From Patescibacteria group bacterium (lineage in GTDB: Bacteria; Patescibacteriota; Microgenomatia; UBA8517), in assembly GCA_036381415.1 (NCBI GenBank), contig DASVCV010000001.1, positions 69,053 to 133,052 of the forward strand: a stretch of 64,000 nt of DNA, written 5' to 3'. The notes below the pieces were generated by a model. The model did not search any database. It saw only the letters and a list, made by a program, of their open reading frames with translations, and was not told where the DNA came from. The position numbers and the translations under genes are program-made. Positions 54,550 through 64,000 of the stretch are shown here, piece after piece. Within the stretch, counting starts at the first letter, position 1; every line of letters starts with the position of its first letter.

Positions 54550-57108
54550 ATGGCCGCCAAACGGATAACTCCCACTCTCGTTTTTATTCTTGTTGGATTG
54601 CTCGTTGCAACTCTGACTAGAACCTATGCACAAGGAGGACCATCATTTAACGTTACCTTTAATCCTGGTAGTTCTGCCCAAGTCGGGCAGAACGTCAACA
54701 TTCATGTAAAAGTGAATGCGACAACCTATGGAGCTTCCAAGATTACCCCCTCTTGCGGCGGGGTATCTAAATCCGAGACTTCGGAATTAGAGTATGACTC
54801 AAATTGGGACACCAGCGGTTGCCAGGGTGGTATGCAAAGCGTCCAGGTCTGCAGCAAAATGGCAGCAGATGAACAATGGATGCAAGGCAATTGCCAAAAC
54901 TTTGCCTATTCTTTGACGGGGTCAAATTCGAACATTCCCACTATTTCACTCTTCGGAGCTGATACTGGGAATCTGCAGCCGGGACAGTGTACAACAATGC
55001 ATTGGAGAACAAGCGGAGCAAGCAGCGTCAACATTGATGGCCATACATATAGCCCTAACGGGGATTTGCAAATTTGCCCTACAGTGACAACAAAATACTC
55101 ACTGTCGGCTGCTGGGCCGAATGGTACAGCATATGAAAATTTTGAGGTTACTGTTTCTACAGTTCCCCAAACTCAAAATCAGGGTCCCACGAATGAACAG
55201 GCTAACAACTCTGCTAATGTTCAATCACAACCGGGTAGGCCAACGCTTGCGCAAGCACAGCAGCAAGGAACATCAGGGGGTGTTGATGTAGTTGTCTATT
55301 GTGAAGCAAAAGGGTTGGGTGGTCCAAGCAATGCGCCGGATAACAGCCCAAATGCAGCCTACTCTTGGAAATGTGGTGGAGTTGCGCTTGGAGACTTCTC
55401 GCAGGTTTGCAGAGAGGTGTACGGAGGCGACTATCGCTCACAAAACGTGATGGGCAATAACCGTCTGGGTGGTTGGAGATGTGTGAGAAATGGAAGTGGA
55501 ACAAACAACGTTCCAAACAATCCTCCATCATCGGGATGCGGTCCATCACCAAGCAGGCTGCATGGAGGCGACATAGCGGTTGTATCTGACTATGATGCTG
55601 ATCCACTTGAGGTCTTTAATGAACGAGATGTCAGGTCTGGGTTAAAGTTTACTGTTCCCATTAGGGAAATGGTAAGCATTATCCAAGGCGCATCTTGTGC
55701 ATATGGAGTCACCTGGGTGGAAGTTGGATACCAAGGCAAAGGCGGCTGGGCAGTTGAGGTAACCTCGAAAGGGTTTTACAACCTCATCCCAAATGGAATG
55801 TCCTTGCCAGGACCAGGGGGATCTAACAGCGGCAGCTCTAATCCACAAAACAGTGGACAGCAGGGAAACCCAAGTACAAACCAAACGAATGCGGTGGGTC
55901 AACCTTTAATTGTTCTGCCAAATGGCGATTTGGTCTACCCTATTGCCTATGGGAGTAACCGGCCACCAGCAAGCGGAAGCTACATTCATGTTCCAGGAAA
56001 GTATCATAGTCTATATTTGAGAACCACACAGGTTCCAGATCAGACTAGGAAAAATGTCATTGGAACAATGAATCCAAATGACTACTATTCTGTAGTCCAA
56101 GTTGGAAATGGCTGGATTCAAGTCCAGACATCATTGGGAGTTGGTTGGGTAAGTGCTGACTATGTTGAATTGACTACTAGAAATGGTCAGCCAGTTCAGA
56201 CAGCAACCGTTCCACCTTCTCAAAATCAGAGAGGAAACCAGAGCCAAAACCAGCAGGAAGATCCTTGCGAAGCGTATGCCTACATTGGTGGCATTGAGGG
56301 GATCGCTCTGGCATCTTGGCACTTTAACCCAAAGTCTGGTGGAACGTTGCAACAGCCTACGTCTACATTCTGGCAGTGTGGTGTCTACGTCCGTACCTAT
56401 CTACTCGACCATTATGGTTTTGATATGCTGAACTATAATGGTCAGGTCTGTACATCTAGCCCAGTAAAAAACTGGAAGGATTCAGCCAGTAGATGTGGAT
56501 TGAAAGTGGATCATGATATCAGATCTGCTCAGACCGGAGACATTGCTCTTTGGACCGAGAATTGCGGAATTGCCGGAGACGATGGGCATGTTGCTGTTGT
56601 GCTTGTTCCTCCATCTACCACCAACGACGGCAAGATTGAGGTAACAGATGCAAACCATGTCGATAGCAAGACACACCAGCCAGATGGCCAGATCTATTTA
56701 GATTACAAGTGGCCCATTGCCCCTTGTATGTATGTGATACACACATCTCTTGCATTTGGAAATCATCCAAGTCAAGATGGCGGTGGTATCCAGCCTGGCA
56801 CAGGAGTTGCAAGCGGCAGTACAACAGCTACAAGCATTACTTGGAGCTTTTGTATTGCTTGCACTTCGCATGTATGGGTTGCTTTCACGCTACCAAGTGG
56901 ACACTACAAACTCGATGGTTACAGGATTACTTTTATGGGTAGAGATCTACCTGTAGTGGGAACTCCTGCAATTGAAAAGGGTTCTAGTGTTGACAAGGTC
57001 ATATTTCACATAGGAGCAGATATAGTCCAGCAGCAAATCAATGCTGGAGATGGAGACAAGTTGAATGACGTAAACAACTGGCGTCTGTTTTACACCATCA
57101 TCAAATGA
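54550..57108 (+). CDS. secreted multidomain SH3b + CHAP cell-wall hydrolase-like protein
   Basis: Signal peptide ending TYA; Ig-like segments; two SH3b-like units (WVEVGYQGKGGW; WIQVQTSLGVGWVSADYV); CHAP WQCGVYV...GHVAVV...DAN; GGAGG before ATG 54550. Confidence 0.78.
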   Translation: MAAKRITPTLVFILVGLLVATLTRTYAQGGPSFNVTFNPGSSAQVGQNVNIHVKVNATTYGASKITPSCGGVSKSETSELEYDSNWDTSGCQGGMQSVQVCSKMAADEQWMQGNCQNFAYSLTGSNSNIPTISLFGADTGNLQPGQCTTMHWRTSGASSVNIDGHTYSPNGDLQICPTVTTKYSLSAAGPNGTAYENFEVTVSTVPQTQNQGPTNEQANNSANVQSQPGRPTLAQAQQQGTSGGVDVVVYCEAKGLGGPSNAPDNSPNAAYSWKCGGVALGDFSQVCREVYGGDYRSQNVMGNNRLGGWRCVRNGSGTNNVPNNPPSSGCGPSPSRLHGGDIAVVSDYDADPLEVFNERDVRSGLKFTVPIREMVSIIQGASCAYGVTWVEVGYQGKGGWAVEVTSKGFYNLIPNGMSLPGPGGSNSGSSNPQNSGQQGNPSTNQTNAVGQPLIVLPNGDLVYPIAYGSNRPPASGSYIHVPGKYHSLYLRTTQVPDQTRKNVIGTMNPNDYYSVVQVGNGWIQVQTSLGVGWVSADYVELTTRNGQPVQTATVPPSQNQRGNQSQNQQEDPCEAYAYIGGIEGIALASWHFNPKSGGTLQQPTSTFWQCGVYVRTYLLDHYGFDMLNYNGQVCTSSPVKNWKDSASRCGLKVDHDIRSAQTGDIALWTENCGIAGDDGHVAVVLVPPSTTNDGKIEVTDANHVDSKTHQPDGQIYLDYKWPIAPCMYVIHTSLAFGNHPSQDGGGIQPGTGVASGSTTATSITWSFCIACTSHVWVAFTLPSGHYKLDGYRITFMGRDLPVVGTPAIEKGSSVDKVIFHIGADIVQQQINAGDGDKLNDVNNWRLFYTIIK

Positions 57109-57131
57109 TGGCGTGACTATGCGATGTGTGC

Positions 57132-57159
57132 GTTGTGGATCTCATCTGAGATCCACAAC
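57132..57159. terminator. perfect inverted repeat between convergent genes
   Basis: GTTGTGGATCTCA-TC-TGAGATCCACAAC. Confidence 0.6.
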
Positions 57160-57325
57160 CATCTCTTTTGAACTAGAACTTAAATTGGAGAGGTAAAACA
57201 ATATTTACTTAATTGCGAGTATTTTTAATTGTTTTTATGTAAAAATTTAAGAAGTATTAAAGCGGTAGATATTATTTATCTTTCACTAAAGCTTGTGAAT
57301 AGATGAAGTGCCTACCGCTTTTTTA

Positions 57326-57934
57326 TTACGGATTCTTTACGACTTTTATGCTTTGTACTATTTTGTAAAATGTTTGTTCTTCATTTTTAGAACAAGTACT
57401 AAGGCCCGCAAAGGTTGTGCTTTGACCTGGATTTGGATTTAGATCTAAGGCGGCAATAAAAAATTCTTGATTTTGATATCTAACTAGTTCTACCTTTCCT
57501 TGTTTATCGTTGACTGTTATGTTTTGGCTAGAGAGAATAGAAGTAGCTGGAAGTTGTGTAATACTCCAATTTGATCCAATGTAAGCTATCTCTTTGTCAA
57601 TGTTTTTGTAATCCTCAGAAATAGAAAACATTATGCACTGACTTTTATCAGGATTATAGATTGTTGCATAGTTCGGATGACCTGCTGCATCTGAATTAGG
57701 ATAGACGATAGTCCAATCAGATGGGTATTTGTAAGAGAGAGTTCCCAACTTTGAATCTGTCCTAGTAATTGTTTTCCAGTCATTTGGAATTTCAACCGAG
57801 TTTGAAGGTAGCAAATTTTGTGTATTGGCTTTTTGCTTAGCCAATATAAGAATTCCAGCCAGAACAACTATCCCCCCCAATATAATGACTAAAATTTTAC
57901 TTACTTTGAGTTTTAGGTTTTCCAGAAATCTCAT
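57326..57934 (-). CDS. membrane-anchored PsbP-like hypothetical protein
   Basis: N-terminal TM, YKYPSDW, ITVNDKQG, FYKIVQSIK. Confidence 0.65.
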   Translation of the reverse strand: MRFLENLKLKVSKILVIILGGIVVLAGILILAKQKANTQNLLPSNSVEIPNDWKTITRTDSKLGTLSYKYPSDWTIVYPNSDAAGHPNYATIYNPDKSQCIMFSISEDYKNIDKEIAYIGSNWSITQLPATSILSSQNITVNDKQGKVELVRYQNQEFFIAALDLNPNPGQSTTFAGLSTCSKNEEQTFYKIVQSIKVVKNP

Positions 57935-58040
57935 ATAAAGAAATTATATCAAATTTCAGACGTAAAAACTAATCGACTATAGGTTTTTTCTAGTTTATGA
58001 CTTTTTTACAAAAAGACAAAATAGATGCTAAAATATATTT

Positions 58041-59102
58041 ATGACTTCTTTACAAAATCCTACTCGGTTCATGTCACTTTTGCGCAGAAAATGGGTTAAT
58101 TTATTATTTTTGTTTATATCTACAATTTGTTTTTCTATTGTAGTTTTAGTAGCTTTTTTTGACGCCATTATTAGATACTCCATTTTAAGCAAAATACCCC
58201 TTGAGACACAAAGGGATCTAATCATTATTCTTATTTTCTTTGGAATCTTATCGCTTTTGATCTGTTTTGCTTTTACAAAAATTAAGGCGCTAAAAATCGC
58301 TTCTGGAATATTTTTGGTAGTTGCTCTTATAAATATTTTTCTGTTTCTGTTTATAATTAAACCGCACCGTATAAGTGGGAGTTCTATGGCTCCAATAATT
58401 TTAGATCAAGAGTACGTATTGGGAAACTGGGCACTTTACAACTTTAGCCCAGTTAAAAGAGGAGACATTGTTATCTTTAGCGCACCGGATTTCCCAGATG
58501 AGGATCGTATATCTAGAATTATTGGCCTTCCTGGTGAATACATATCAATTCGCCAAGGAAAAGTATATATTAACGGTAATCCTTTAAGCGAACCATATCT
58601 CACTTCTGGTACTACAACCGGTTCTGGCAGGTTCATCACTGATAAAGATGTGTTAATACCAAACTTACACTACGTTGTTTTAGGAGACCAAAGACAGCAT
58701 TCGTTTGATTCGAGGTTTTATGGTTTTGTTGGTGCTGGTTCAATAAAGGAGACGGTATTTTATATATATTGGCCTTTAAATCGTATGCGTTCTATCGTGT
58801 CAGGTGTCACCAGTCTACCTTTTTATTCTTGTCGAACATTAAATACAAAAATGATAGTCGGGCCAGATGGTAAGGGTGAAATAGGTTGTGATATTGAGGT
58901 TGATGGACAAATTGATTTATCTCAAAGCTACTGCGAAGGGCAAAAAACTCACACTAAAAAGGCTTTAATTCCCGACTCTTATGAAAGACCTAATAGATAC
59001 TTTGAAACCCTTACTGGACTTTATTTAGATGAAGAAGTTAAAGTGTTTGTGTACACAAACACAGGTTTTAAAATTGAATGTTTGCCTTCTTTAAATAAAT
59101 AA
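58041..59102 (+). CDS. lepB: signal peptidase I family protein with extra TMs and C-terminal extension
   Basis: SGSSMAP, RGDIVIF, SRIIGLPGE, GDQRQHSFDSR. Confidence 0.8.
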   Translation: MTSLQNPTRFMSLLRRKWVNLLFLFISTICFSIVVLVAFFDAIIRYSILSKIPLETQRDLIIILIFFGILSLLICFAFTKIKALKIASGIFLVVALINIFLFLFIIKPHRISGSSMAPIILDQEYVLGNWALYNFSPVKRGDIVIFSAPDFPDEDRISRIIGLPGEYISIRQGKVYINGNPLSEPYLTSGTTTGSGRFITDKDVLIPNLHYVVLGDQRQHSFDSRFYGFVGAGSIKETVFYIYWPLNRMRSIVSGVTSLPFYSCRTLNTKMIVGPDGKGEIGCDIEVDGQIDLSQSYCEGQKTHTKKALIPDSYERPNRYFETLTGLYLDEEVKVFVYTNTGFKIECLPSLNK

Positions 59103-59119
59103 TATTGACGTTATCGCCC

Positions 59120-61246
59120 TCATTTTTTTGCCCTTCTTCCCCATCTTTCTTGTGAGACTCTAATTACTTTTTCTTTGTTTTGGTTTTTTGATTTAGGTAG
59201 AGGGAGGGTGGTTGCAAGGAAAGGCCTTTGGGAGTGCCCATCTATAATGAGCTTGGTAGCTATTTGATAGTTTTGGAGGTTTATTAAATTTTCTTCTGTA
59301 AAGACTTCTCCAAATTCTTTATTTAAAACATGTGCATCTTCAGCACCAGATGAAAAAGATATTAATGTGCCTGCATTTCCTAATATTGCCTTTTGAACAT
59401 TAGGTGGAATTTGGGCCATATATTGATTGGCAAGCATTAGGTTTAAATGGTATTTTCTTGCTTCTGAAAGGATTTTAATGAAAGAGGTTGTTGCAAAGTT
59501 TTGAAACTCATCTACATATAAATAAAAGTCTTTCCTTTTTTCTTCTTCCATATTTACTCTTCTCATTGCAGCTAGCTGGAACTTAGTAATTAGCATTGCT
59601 CCTAAAAGTTGAGCATTATCCTCACCAATTTTTCCTTGAGACAGATTTGCTATTAAAATCTTTTCTTCATTTATAATTTTTTCCAAATCTACTGAGCTTT
59701 TAGGATGTCCAATAATATTTCTAATGGTTGGTGAGGTCACAAATTGTCCGATTTTATTAAGAATTGGAAAGATTACTTCTTTTTGCAAATTTGGCGGCAA
59801 GTTTTCAAATTCATTAATCCAGAAGTTTTTAAGTACCTGATCCTTAAGGTTACTAACTGTCTTTGTCCTAAAGTCTTTATTTGTAAGAATTAGGGGAACA
59901 TCAAGAAGGGTTGAATTTGGAACTTCTGTTAAGGTTAAAAGTGCATTTCTTAAAACGTACTCTAGTCTTGGTCCCCAGAATTTTCCAAATATTTTACTAA
60001 AGACTGCAATTGTAGCTGACACCACAAACTCAGCTTCATTTTTGTTTGTTACTTCTAATGGATTAATTGAAACAGAAAATTCCTTGTCTGAAGGGTTAAA
60101 GTAAATTACATCATTAATACGCTCTTTTGGAACAAAATTAAGTAAAACTTCTGACAAATCTCCATGGGGATCAATTACTGCCAATCCTCTTCCCTTCTTC
60201 ATGTCATCTATTGCCATATTGGCAATTAATGTTGACTTGCCTGTTCCTGTCTTTCCAATTGCCCAGATATGGCGCATTCTGTCACCATCTTTTATACCAA
60301 ACACTACTTCTTTGTTTTTGAATGTTGTTTTCGCAAAGAAATTAATATTTCTTTTCTCCCCTTCTGAAATATCTTCTGATATTGGTAGATTTGAAGGAGG
60401 CTCAGATAAAACTGATGCTCCCCAGCTTACTCCTTGTGTTTTTATCTTCTCAGATGGCAAGTGCCAAAGAGTAGCCAACTCTTCGATATTTACTATTTGA
60501 TTATCAGACACTTTCCTTTGATTAAAATCTTTCAAAAGTTTTCTTTTTGTTAAAGAAAATGGTCTTTTGACAGTAAAACTATTTCCTTCAGGACGGGTGT
60601 AAACATTAAATGATTGTTCAATTTGGCTTAAGAGATGAGTATTGTTTGATGCAATTCTAACCGAAACTTTAAATCCCGGATTTTTGATTTTTTCTTTGAC
60701 AATGTTGGCATCAGGTCTAGGAATAAAGTTGCCATCTTCCTTTTTTGTTCCATGGCTGGCAAAGTTTTCAGCAAGAACTTGCCAGGAAGTAGAGACTCCC
60801 TCTAAAGCAAACTGGATTATTGCAATATCTTGCGTTTCACCTTTTGAAAGAACTGTTAAAACTGAGGATAATGGATCGACGTCCTTGAAATCTTTAAAAG
60901 TTTTAATTGGGTAGTAGCTTCCATTTTTTAGGACAAGCTTTTCTATTTTAAAGGTTTTATGGGCATCAATTTTCATTCCCTTTTCTATTACTACCAAAGG
61001 ATAAGCTGACTCGAGCTGGCTTTCTATAAAGTTTGTAAGGTCAGGATGGGCTGCTATCTGAAAGGAAATTTCCTGATTTTTTAAAACAATCTCTAGACCG
61101 AGCGGCTTAGGGGATTTTTTAAGCAGCTTATGGAGGCGGCTTGTTTTGTTTATTTCTAGAAGTGAAGCAAAAAAAGTTTGTGCAGATTCAGGTGTTATAT
61201 CTACTTTTCTTGGAAGTTTGAGAGTAAGGCTAATTAATTCATCCAC
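59120..61246 (-). CDS. VirD4/TraD/HerA-like P-loop ATPase
   Basis: GKTGTGKST, IDPHGD, LYVDEFQNF, SEARKY, ANQY. Confidence 0.88.
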   Translation of the reverse strand: MDELISLTLKLPRKVDITPESAQTFFASLLEINKTSRLHKLLKKSPKPLGLEIVLKNQEISFQIAAHPDLTNFIESQLESAYPLVVIEKGMKIDAHKTFKIEKLVLKNGSYYPIKTFKDFKDVDPLSSVLTVLSKGETQDIAIIQFALEGVSTSWQVLAENFASHGTKKEDGNFIPRPDANIVKEKIKNPGFKVSVRIASNNTHLLSQIEQSFNVYTRPEGNSFTVKRPFSLTKRKLLKDFNQRKVSDNQIVNIEELATLWHLPSEKIKTQGVSWGASVLSEPPSNLPISEDISEGEKRNINFFAKTTFKNKEVVFGIKDGDRMRHIWAIGKTGTGKSTLIANMAIDDMKKGRGLAVIDPHGDLSEVLLNFVPKERINDVIYFNPSDKEFSVSINPLEVTNKNEAEFVVSATIAVFSKIFGKFWGPRLEYVLRNALLTLTEVPNSTLLDVPLILTNKDFRTKTVSNLKDQVLKNFWINEFENLPPNLQKEVIFPILNKIGQFVTSPTIRNIIGHPKSSVDLEKIINEEKILIANLSQGKIGEDNAQLLGAMLITKFQLAAMRRVNMEEEKRKDFYLYVDEFQNFATTSFIKILSEARKYHLNLMLANQYMAQIPPNVQKAILGNAGTLISFSSGAEDAHVLNKEFGEVFTEENLINLQNYQIATKLIIDGHSQRPFLATTLPLPKSKNQNKEKVIRVSQERWGRRAKK

Positions 61247-61312
61247 ACTAAAATTATATATCTTCAGCCAGTTATTTGCATAATTAATGGCAGAAGTTCT
61301 ATATTTAAATTA

Positions 61313-61903
61313 ATGGAATCTAGTGTTTCCAATACTCCTAAAAAGACTGAGCCTCCTTTAGTTGATATTAAAGTTACCAATCCACTCACCTATTTAAAGA
61401 AATGGTGGAATAAAGTTATTGGAAATGAAGGAATTAACTTTAGCTTTAAAATAAGACCTCTTACTGCAATTGCAATAACTACTGTTATTGCATCCATTGC
61501 TTTTGGAGTGGGAAGATTTGTTTTTCCCTTTCAAGTTCCCTTTTTTAGATATGAAGAGATTGGAAATGCAGGACCTACCCCAAGTCCGGAAATTATCTGG
61601 AAATCAACAGCCTTTACTGGCACTTTACAGTATTCTTCTTTAATTTCCAGGTACTATTTAGTTACTACATCAAGCGAGGCCATAAACCTGGATGTCCCCA
61701 GCTATATTGATTTACAAAGTTTAATAGGAAAAAGAGTGCTTGCCATGGGAGACTACAATAAAACAACAAGACTTTTAAAGGTAACTGATGCAAAGGATTT
61801 AGAGGTACTTTCTAAATCTCCAGTTCCAATCCCTACTATTACTCCTACACCTACTCCCACTCTAGAGCCAACACCGACTCTAATGCCTAGTCCTACTCCT
61901 TAA
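61313..61903 (+). CDS. membrane-anchored hypothetical protein with Pro/Thr tail
   Basis: One TM, OB-fold-like region, PT repeats. Confidence 0.7.
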   Translation: MESSVSNTPKKTEPPLVDIKVTNPLTYLKKWWNKVIGNEGINFSFKIRPLTAIAITTVIASIAFGVGRFVFPFQVPFFRYEEIGNAGPTPSPEIIWKSTAFTGTLQYSSLISRYYLVTTSSEAINLDVPSYIDLQSLIGKRVLAMGDYNKTTRLLKVTDAKDLEVLSKSPVPIPTITPTPTPTLEPTPTLMPSPTP

Positions 61904-61957
61904 AAGGATAGAGTTTGTTTTATTGACAGAGTATTTTGCACAAACTATATTGAGGTT

Positions 61958-62236
61958 ATGAACAAAAAAGATTTAGGAGAGATAAAAGAGATTGTTTCAG
62001 ATGCTCTAAACGAAGCTGTGGTTCCCGTTCTTGAAAAAATAGATACTAAAGTAGATAAATTGGAAATGCGTGTGGAGAAATTGGAAGAGCGTGTTGAGCA
62101 TATTGAAGAAAGAGCCGAAAACCATGAGCAGAGCTTAGACAGAATTGAGAGAAAGCTTGATGCAACCATTGAAAGATTTGACGACCATGGCCAACGAATA
62201 GAAGTATTAGAAAAGCAAGCCTCAATTGCCTCCTAA
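61958..62236 (+). CDS. small coiled-coil hypothetical protein
   Basis: Heptad repeats VDKLEMRVEKLEERVEHIEER. Confidence 0.65.
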   Translation: MNKKDLGEIKEIVSDALNEAVVPVLEKIDTKVDKLEMRVEKLEERVEHIEERAENHEQSLDRIERKLDATIERFDDHGQRIEVLEKQASIAS

Positions 62237-62261
62237 ATTATATTGTGGTAAAATCAAGCCT

Positions 62262-62453
62262 GTGACAAGACTCTTGCCTTTTAAGTATTTATCTGAAGTA
62301 AGAAGCGAACTAAGTAAAGTTATTTGGCCTAAAAAAGGTGAAGTAATTAAACTTACAGTTCTAGTAATACTTATATCGGCAATAATTGGAGGCTACGTAG
62401 GAGGGCTAGATTTAGCCTTTACCAAGCTTTTAACAGTAGTTTTGACTAAATAA
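62262..62453 (+). CDS. secE: preprotein translocase subunit SecE
   Basis: [12 protein letters not shown] + TM + GGLD; upstream of nusG; GTG 62262 taken as start. Confidence 0.93.
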   Translation: MTRLLPFKYLSEVRSELSKVIWPKKGEVIKLTVLVILISAIIGGYVGGLDLAFTKLLTVVLTK

Positions 62454-62458
62454 ATAAT

Positions 62459-63079
62459 ATGGATTCAACAGACAATAAAAATATAGGAGTAAGCGAGCGC
62501 GGAACCGGGAGTGCAAAAATCCCTGGACACATTGTCATTAAAAAAACTGACAGTCCTTCTGCCATGTGGTATGTAGTTCATACTTCAAGCGGACATGAAG
62601 CAAGAGTTGCTGAAACTCTAAGGCAAAGAGTCCACTCTTTGGGATTTGAAGGAAGAATTTTTGAGCTATTAATTCCTACTCAGGATAAAGTTATTGTAAG
62701 AGGAGGAAAGAAAGCTACTGTAAAAGAAAAGATTTTCCCTGGATATCTTCTAGTTAAAATGATCTTAGATGACAATGCATGGCTAGCTGTAAGAACAGCT
62801 CCTGGAGTTACTGGGTTTGTGGGAGCAGGAAGTACTCCTACCCCACTTTCTGGAAGTGAAGTTGCCAATATACAGAAATTTATTTCATCTCCTGCACCTA
62901 GATTTAAATCAAAGATGACAGTTGGAGAAGCAGTTAAAATTACAGATGGACCATTTACTGATTTTCTTGGAACAATTCATGAGATAGATGAAGAAAAAGG
63001 GAAAGTAAAAGTATTGGTATCAATATTTGGACGTGAGACTCCAGTGGAACTTGACTTCCTACAAGTACAAAAGGTTTAA
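62459..63079 (+). CDS. nusG: transcription termination/antitermination factor NusG
   Basis: [38 protein letters not shown]. Confidence 0.97.
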   Translation: MDSTDNKNIGVSERGTGSAKIPGHIVIKKTDSPSAMWYVVHTSSGHEARVAETLRQRVHSLGFEGRIFELLIPTQDKVIVRGGKKATVKEKIFPGYLLVKMILDDNAWLAVRTAPGVTGFVGAGSTPTPLSGSEVANIQKFISSPAPRFKSKMTVGEAVKITDGPFTDFLGTIHEIDEEKGKVKVLVSIFGRETPVELDFLQVQKV

Positions 63080-63123
63080 CTATACCTTGATATTTAAGGT
63101 GTTTTTAAGATATAAAGGATAAT

Positions 63124-63786
63124 ATGGATAATATGAATTGGGTGGAACAAGGTCTATCAATACAAGACATAAAAACAGTTAAAGATTTAAGTAAGGAGCC
63201 AATACCTGGCTGCAGTGTTGTTGATTCAAAAGATAAAGTTCCGCAAGATGAGAGTGTGGTTTATCTAAATGGAGGCCATGCAGAGAATTTACCTATTGGA
63301 TTAATTAAGAATAAATCGGAAATTTATTATGTAAAACAGGTAAACAAAGATACCGGGAAGGTTCATTACTCCAAACATGTAGCCATAAATGTAGATGGTT
63401 TAATTCAGAATCCTTTGTTTAAAGAAAACACTGAAGCAAAAGATGAACTGTTTAAGGGTGTTTATCAACAACTTGGGCAAACAACTCCAACTCAAAGGTT
63501 AGAAGTTTTAGTAGGTTCACTCAAGAGAAGTAAGGCAAATCCAACAAATGAAAGAGCCAGAGAGGCTACTGATTATCTATTAGGCACGATAGAGACAATT
63601 TTAGTAAATGAATATAATCAAGCCTTAGCTGCAAGGAAAGTGCTAAAAGCTGCTGGAGACTATCCCACAACCCAAAAAGGTCGGGAAATTACACAAGAAC
63701 AAGTAGATAGGATTCTTAAAGCAGGAAGCCTGGAAAGCCAACTTGAATTCACAAGGAGTGAAATCAAAAAGACACAGGCAGCTTAA
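63124..63786 (+). CDS. hypothetical protein
   Basis: 220-aa ORF, no motif recognised. Confidence 0.65.
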   Translation: MDNMNWVEQGLSIQDIKTVKDLSKEPIPGCSVVDSKDKVPQDESVVYLNGGHAENLPIGLIKNKSEIYYVKQVNKDTGKVHYSKHVAINVDGLIQNPLFKENTEAKDELFKGVYQQLGQTTPTQRLEVLVGSLKRSKANPTNERAREATDYLLGTIETILVNEYNQALAARKVLKAAGDYPTTQKGREITQEQVDRILKAGSLESQLEFTRSEIKKTQAA

Positions 63787-64000
63787 GGAAGGATTTTCAG
63801 TTCAGGAAGAGCTGGAAACTTTACTTTGTGTTTTGTTGTAAACACCGAAATGTCTGCCTTGTTTAGTTCCCCTTCTCTTTCAAAAAGAACTCCAATGGTA
63901 ACTGATTTTGGCTTAAACAAAACATTCAAACTATTGCCAAAAAATAGCAAGTTGGTTACATTTTGATTTCCAACAATTACAAGATTGTCATCTTCGGGAA
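63783..64000 (-). CDS. 3' end of a hypothetical protein (starts beyond the window)
   Basis: Open frame ...PEDDNLVIVGNQ...PELKILP-stop from the window edge. Confidence 0.5.
   Translation of the reverse strand, partial: PEDDNLVIVGNQNVTNLLFFGNSLNVLFKPKSVTIGVLFEREGELNKADISVFTTKHKVKFPALPELKILP

Noticed and set aside
57132-57159. Inverted repeat as an integron attC site or transposon end
   Set aside because: Too short, GTT/AAC orientation is opposite to attC, single copy, no integron integrase or transposase.
59120-61246. ATPase as evidence of a conjugative element
   Set aside because: Host-like composition, no relaxase or other T4SS genes in the window; this ATPase type is a common chromosomal gene in CPR.
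1-64000. CRISPR array, rRNA, intact transposase or prophage; also the many short antisense ORFs in the track
   Set aside because: None of these elements was seen by eye; the short ORFs lie opposite well-supported genes and lack motifs.

Overview
Low-GC bacterial chromosome segment, most likely from a Patescibacteria/CPR organism (Microgenomates-like). That lineage call is an inference from gene content, leaderless extended -10 promoters and a VirD4/HerA-like ATPase near secE-nusG. Genetic code 11. The left part is core: a complete thymidylate operon (dCMP deaminase-dut-thyX-tmk-tdk, probably running into glyA), topA, dprA, PBP2, mreB, def/fmt, rpmB, a probable 6S RNA, four tRNAs (Thr, Tyr, Thr, Trp) interrupted by a free-standing homing-type endonuclease, and rpmG. 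About 45 kb of mostly accessory DNA separates tRNA-Trp from secE-nusG. The strongest discovery is a 4.1-kb cassette (43789-47962) bounded by a perfect 27-bp direct repeat. It carries a minimal azole-RiPP system: a 65-aa Cys/Ser-rich precursor with its own promoter and RBS, a stand-alone YcaO, a SagB-type dehydrogenase, and a kinase/phosphatase pair. Other candidates: a convergent six-gene folE-transketolase-unknown / deacetylase-flavoprotein-kinase cluster; a ~280-nt highly structured RNA that can sequester the RBS of a small acidic peptide; a divergent ~90-nt small RNA; an aberrant tRNA-Thr(UGU); and a compositionally foreign SH3/CHAP hydrolase. All assignments were made by eye from motifs; no database searches or folding software were run.
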